Assembly (NCBI RefSeq): GCF_006345805.1
Contig: NW_021825076.1
Span: 1 to 16,542 of the forward strand
Direction: 5' to 3'
Length of the DNA stretch: 16,542 nucleotides
Source of the DNA: Octopus sinensis
Taxonomy: Eukaryota
Positions within the stretch are counted from its first letter, which is position 1. Each line of letters begins with the position of its first letter. A model generated the notes under the pieces. The model saw only the letters and a program-made list of their open reading frames with translations, had not been told where the DNA came from and did not search any database. Both the position numbers and the translations under genes were made by a program. Shown in pieces: positions 11,426-16,542 of the stretch.

Positions 11426-11750
11426 CAGACTATGGATGACTAAATTACAACAGGTATCTAGCCCATTGTCTATATCATAGTGCATTGTTGTACCATTCAA
11501 AACTTGTTTATTCTTTATTATTATTATTATTATTATTATTATTGCTTTAGGTATTTTGTAATGCAATCGGTGAACAATAGCATTGTTATTTTACAAGATT
11601 CGAACTCTATTGTTTCTGGTTCACGTAAATTCCTTCATGAGAATGACAACGGGTTGTATGTAGTCCAAAACTGAAGAAATATCGCAAAGATTTTCGTTTG
11701 AGGATTATCAGTATTTTCAGTTTTAGATTTCTGTCAGAATTTCTGAACTT

Positions 11751-11979
11751 GAATTGTTTGATTCAACTGACCATGAAACAGATCATGGGTTTTCTTGACT
11801 CAAATGATCCTGAGTTGTCTGGATCAACTTATTACGAGTTGCCCAGGAACAAACGATTACGATTGTATAGATGAAATAACTTAGAATTTACAGGGTCAAC
11901 TAAGTATGAGCTATCCGCTTCAACGAACCTTCAATTGTTCACATCAAGTGGCCAGGAGATGCCCAGATCAACTGAACTA
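11751..11979 (+). repeat. Cryptic degenerate 24-nt tandem repeat (about 9 units)
   Basis: Units begin at 11751, 11787, 11812, 11836, 11861, 11884, 11908, 11932 and 11956, with a 12-nt half unit at 11775. Consensus is roughly GAR-TTG-NNN-NNN-TCA-AMT-NAN-NNN. Confidence 0.7.
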
Positions 11980-12174
11980 CCTAGTTCATTGAATTAGTTG
12001 TAAGTGGCTGAGTACTGTTTTAACACTGAGACAAATGGTTTTAAAAAAACAAACATTACAAAAGGTTTTGTACCCAGTCATAATAACCAACGATTCTTGT
12101 ACACTAACTGACACCCTAGTATCAATCAACGGGGGTGGGGTCGAAACTAGAAAAGAAATGGATCCCATTACAGT

Positions 12175-13070
12175 AAAGAATATATTTAAGTATAGGGGGT
12201 AAAGAAGATTTAAAGGGGAGTGAAGGAGTAGGATAGATCTAAAGTTAACTTGATGGGTATAGTAAATTTATAGGGGTCAATAAGGGTGGTGTGATAGTAG
12301 ATTTAAAGGGATGATGATGATCTGATTAGGATTAAAGGGATAAAGATGATCTGAGTGGACTGGAGGGGTAAAAGAAAGCTTAAAATGGTTTGAAGGTGTT
12401 GTGGCGATTTAAAGGGGATTTAGAGCGATTTTTAGGGGACTAGATTGGGAGAGAAAGTTTAAAGGGAACTTGAGAGTTACAGCAGGTTTAAAGAGGCCTG
12501 ACGGTGTTGTGTAGAATATAAATGGAAATGTAGAGGTGGAGTAGATGTAAAGGAAACTGGAGATGGATGGTATATTTAAAGGAGTTAGATGGTATGGAAG
12601 ATTTAAAGGGTTCTTAACTAGTAGAGTAGATTTAAAGATGTCTTGACTGGTAGAGTAGATTTAAAGGGAACTGGAGGGGTTAGAATAAGGGTTTGGAGGG
12701 TGGATCAGGTTTAAAGGGGATAAGAGAGGTAGAGAAGTTTTAAACGGGACTGGAGGTGTAGTGTAGATTTTAAGGGGACTTGAGACATAGAGTAGATATA
12801 AGGGGGTGGAAGGGTAAAGTACACTTCAAGGAACTAAAGGGGCAGGGTCGATTTAAAGGGAACATGGGGGGTATATTTAAAGGGGACTGAAGGGTAGGGT
12901 AGATTTAAATTGGACAGAAGAGGTAGGGAAGATTTAAAGGGACTAGAGGACAAGTGAGATTTAAAGAGGAATGGAGGGATAGAGAAGATTTTTAAGGGGA
13001 CTAGGGCGAGGAGTGGATTTAAAGAGGTCTGGTTGGGTGGAGTAGATTTAAAGGTAACTGGAGGGGCAGG
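12175..13070. repeat. Degenerate 29-bp G-rich minisatellite, roughly 30 units
   Basis: Recurring gtagatttaaagggNactggagg(g)tag. The gatttaaag core falls at 12600, 12629 and 12658 (period 29). Confidence 0.85.
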
Positions 13071-13159
13071 TGTTCTACCTTCTTAAGTGAATGAATGCCT
13101 CCTTAATGTTTTCAAGTATGATTTGAAATGACAATAGATGGGGGTAAAGTCAAGTATGT

Positions 13160-13410
13160 ATAGAGAATAGAGAGACAGAATGAGTGAGAGGATAGCAGGG
13201 AGAGGGTAAGAAAGGGAGAGACAGAGAGAGGAGGCGAGAAATAGAGGGGAAATTTAGAAAATGTAATAGAGAGAAAGAGAGATGTTGTGAGGGTATGATT
13301 TAGAGAAGATGAGATAGAGAGGAGATGAGAAAGAGTGAGAGAAAAGTATTCGGTTGTGTGTGAGAGAGCGGAAAACACAAGTGAAGAACATAACAGACGA
13401 AGATAGACAG
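13160..13410. repeat. Purine-rich (GA) low-complexity tract
   Basis: Degenerate gagaga/gaaa runs. Confidence 0.7.
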
Positions 13411-13951
13411 AAAATTTATGTAGGGGATGCCCTGGAATCTTGTAAATTTTGATGATGTTTCGAGGTCTATGGGGAAGGGTAAAGAATGGGGGCTGATTTG
13501 ACATGAGAAGTGTGGGGTGAAATAAACACTTTTCAAATCGCAAAACGTATTTTTCGCCAGCCACGCTATATGTGAAATCTGATGAAAGGGAAAAGAAGAA
13601 AATGGAAAAGATGCGTACGGCAATGTGATTGGATCAGCTGTTGGGCAATGTAGTTTTATCTTAAGTGGTTATTTAGTCCTTTAACCATGAAACCGCATTC
13701 CTATACATTCAACTGTCCATCAATATCACACATGATTCTTAATGTTTCTTTTCTTTTTGGCATATTTTGATAATTGGATACATTATCTTAAATATAATCT
13801 TTTATTAGTTTAAATTGCAGCAAATGTGAAGCAAGGGTTTAAAGTTTCGAGTTTGTAAATGTCGTATTATGAAAATGTATGTACGATAGTTCGGTTACTC
13901 TTATAACAATCAATTTAAGGTTTTACGATTACAGACATGTACATGCTTGTA

Positions 13952-14062
13952 ATGTATGTATGTATGTATGTATGTATGTATGTATGTATGTATGTATGTA
14001 TCTATGTATGTATGTATGTATGTATGTATGTATGTACGTATGTATGCATGCATGTATGTATG
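13952..14062. repeat. (TATG)n microsatellite
   Basis: Direct inspection. Confidence 0.95.
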
Positions 14063-14851
14063 TGTGTGAGTATGTATGTGTGTATATAAGTACGTATGTA
14101 TTTATGCATATACATATGTATACATACATATACATATTGATTGATATATACACATATACGCATATACATACATTCACACACACACACACACATACATATA
14201 CACATATATAATTAGACATTCTTATTTAGTTCTTTCTGTAAGTTGCATATCTCCTATTTGTAAATTTTGCCCAGAAATAGAGAAATTCTTCAATCGAGAA
14301 TGAAGCAGAGTAGAGCTAGAAAGAGAACTCAGTGTGAGCTAAAGATAACATTGTAGACTTTATATTTTAACAAATAAACTTTGCTTTCACTTTTTCAAAA
14401 GTTTTTCAGAAACAGAATATTTTGAATCATTAGACGCAGATATTATATAATATTTCTTTGCAATTTAGATGTTTGGGGCAAATTTGATTTATTACAATTA
14501 TAACACACTCACAGACACACCCACACGCACACACCCACGCGCGGACACACACAACAAACAAAATTTATATTTTATAAGGAGAATTAGAGCGATATTTGTT
14601 CCAGATTTTTATTCCAAGAACTTTAAATTCGGAGCTCAGGAACGATAAGTTTTGGGTTTTGTTTCCAGGTATATGTCTATGAGTACGCAACCATGTCTTT
14701 TTCTGCAGATACCATCGAACTGCGATGTATAAATACCATATATCTGATAAATATATACAATCTGTCTCACTTTCACACACATATATCTGTCATGTCGATA
14801 TATAACAACGAAAAATGTACTGAATACATGCAGTTTTATTCAATTTTTCCC

Positions 14852-14868
14852 ATATATACATATACATA

Positions 14869-14943
<75 letters not shown>

Positions 14944-14959
14944 TATATATATAGATATA

Positions 14960-15002
<43 letters not shown>

Positions 15003-15013
15003 TAAATCTGTAT

Positions 15014-15050
<37 letters not shown>

Positions 15051-15082
15051 CTATATATATATATATATATACATATATATAT
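14852..15082. repeat. Interrupted (TA)n microsatellite
   Basis: Direct inspection. Confidence 0.95.
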
Positions 15083-15838
15083 GCGCATACATGTACATAT
15101 ATATAGATACATACATACACATACACACATATATATAGATGCATACATGCACATACACACATGCACACACATACATACATATAGATATATACATATATAC
15201 AAACACACACAAGGTGAGAGAGTGTGAGAGGGAAAGAAAGACAGACGACAGTAATACAGACAATCACACTAGAGCCATTCTCACACTTTCAAATATATGA
15301 GCATCGTATGTATTAACATACATACGTACAGGTATATACATACACAAACGTAAACATACACACAAAAACACGCACACATACAGATACAATACACACACAC
15401 ACAGAGCATAACATAGCATAACTGGATATGCTACTTCAAACACATCTTGGTGCAATCTATCTATAATAAATACTGCTAGATGTTCCATTTGACTGACAGG
15501 TCGCTGTCCTTCTAAACTTCCCTAACAAAACTATAACAATACAAAAACAAACAAGCAATAAAAACAGATCAGCCAATATACTAATAAAATGAAATAAAAA
15601 AATACTTAGTTCCATGTCAAATCAAATTTTTGGCCTTCCATACTTTTTTTTTTTTTTGTTATATATTTAGTTATTTTATATTCATCTTTCATATATATCT
15701 AATAATACGTTCTCGCCATTCCGAACGGTGGGTTTTTCCTCGCTCAAACTCTTTTATTCGTTCAGCCATCACGATGTTGGCTTCTCTATTTTTAGTTCTG
15801 GATTGTCAACCCTCTCCCTTACAGCCACTAATGTGTGA

Positions 15839-15869
<31 letters not shown>

Positions 15870-15963
15870 TGAGTGTGTGTGTGCTTGTGTGTGAGTGTGT
15901 GTGTAACCCATGCCAGTAGAGGAAAGCAGACGTAGGATGATGATGACGGAATGACAGGATGTA

Positions 15964-16004
<41 letters not shown>

Positions 16005-16069
16005 CTATCTATGCACTTTATAAAATTTCCTCTTGATATTATTATGTATACAATTATACATATAGGATA

Positions 16070-16102
<33 letters not shown>

Positions 16103-16112
16103 CATACATATA

Positions 16113-16168
16113 AATGGTGCTCCAGCATTGCCGCAGTCAATGACTGGAACAAGTAACAGAATATAAGA
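16113..16168 (+). mobile_element. Isolated SINE family A 3' tail
   Basis: ggtgctccagcattgccgcagtcaatgactggaacaagtaa matches the tail at 7827-7870 and the reverse complement of 8295-8338. Confidence 0.75.
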
Positions 16169-16244
16169 ATATATACATACATTTATATATAAATATGTGT
16201 GTGTGTATGTATGCATTTATTTATCTATCTCTCTATCTATTTAT

Positions 16245-16245
16245 C

Positions 16246-16280
<35 letters not shown>

Positions 16281-16498
16281 TATATATAATATATATAATA
16301 TATATATATATACGTATATACACACAATATATATATATATATATTATATATATACGTATATACACACAATATATAATATATATATATATATATAGTATAT
16401 ACACACAATATATATATATATATATATATATACGTATATACACACATATATAATATATATATATATATACGTATATACACACAATATATAATATATAT
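16245..16498. repeat. (TA)n array with an embedded higher-order repeat of about 37-42 nt
   Basis: tacgtatatacacac at 16311, 16353, 16431 and 16468, with a variant near 16393. Confidence 0.85.
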
Positions 16499-16542
16499 GC
16501 GTGTATACATGTATATGTGTGTGTTTGTATACATATGCGTGT

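Noticed and set aside
12175-13070. CRISPR-like or coding repeat reading of the 29-bp array
   Set aside because: The units are contiguous diverged copies without unique spacers, the period is not a multiple of 3, and the context is eukaryotic.
13112-13623. 150-aa and 107-aa Leu/Ser-rich ORFs
   Set aside because: They arise from the CT-rich strand of the GA tract, which lacks stops for compositional reasons.

Overview
AT-rich eukaryotic intronic/intergenic DNA, dominated by microsatellites and short retroposons. The SINE families match my recollection of octopus (coleoid cephalopod) tRNA-derived SINEs, so the organism is an inference. I recognise no intact protein-coding gene: most ORFs in the track are translated simple repeats or SINE sequence, and none resembles a protein I know. 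Real structure includes: (1) a near full-length U6 snRNA copy on the minus strand (8669-8772), 6 nt upstream of a full-length tRNA-headed SINE on the same strand; (2) an inverted SINE pair about 400 bp apart; (3) a four-copy cluster of a second SINE family; (4) two or three minimal type-I hammerhead ribozyme motifs of the Penelope-element kind, one with an intact core (11389-11425); (5) a cryptic 24-nt tandem repeat with codon-like variation (E-L-x-x-S-T-x-x) broken by indels; (6) a degenerate 29-bp G-rich minisatellite.
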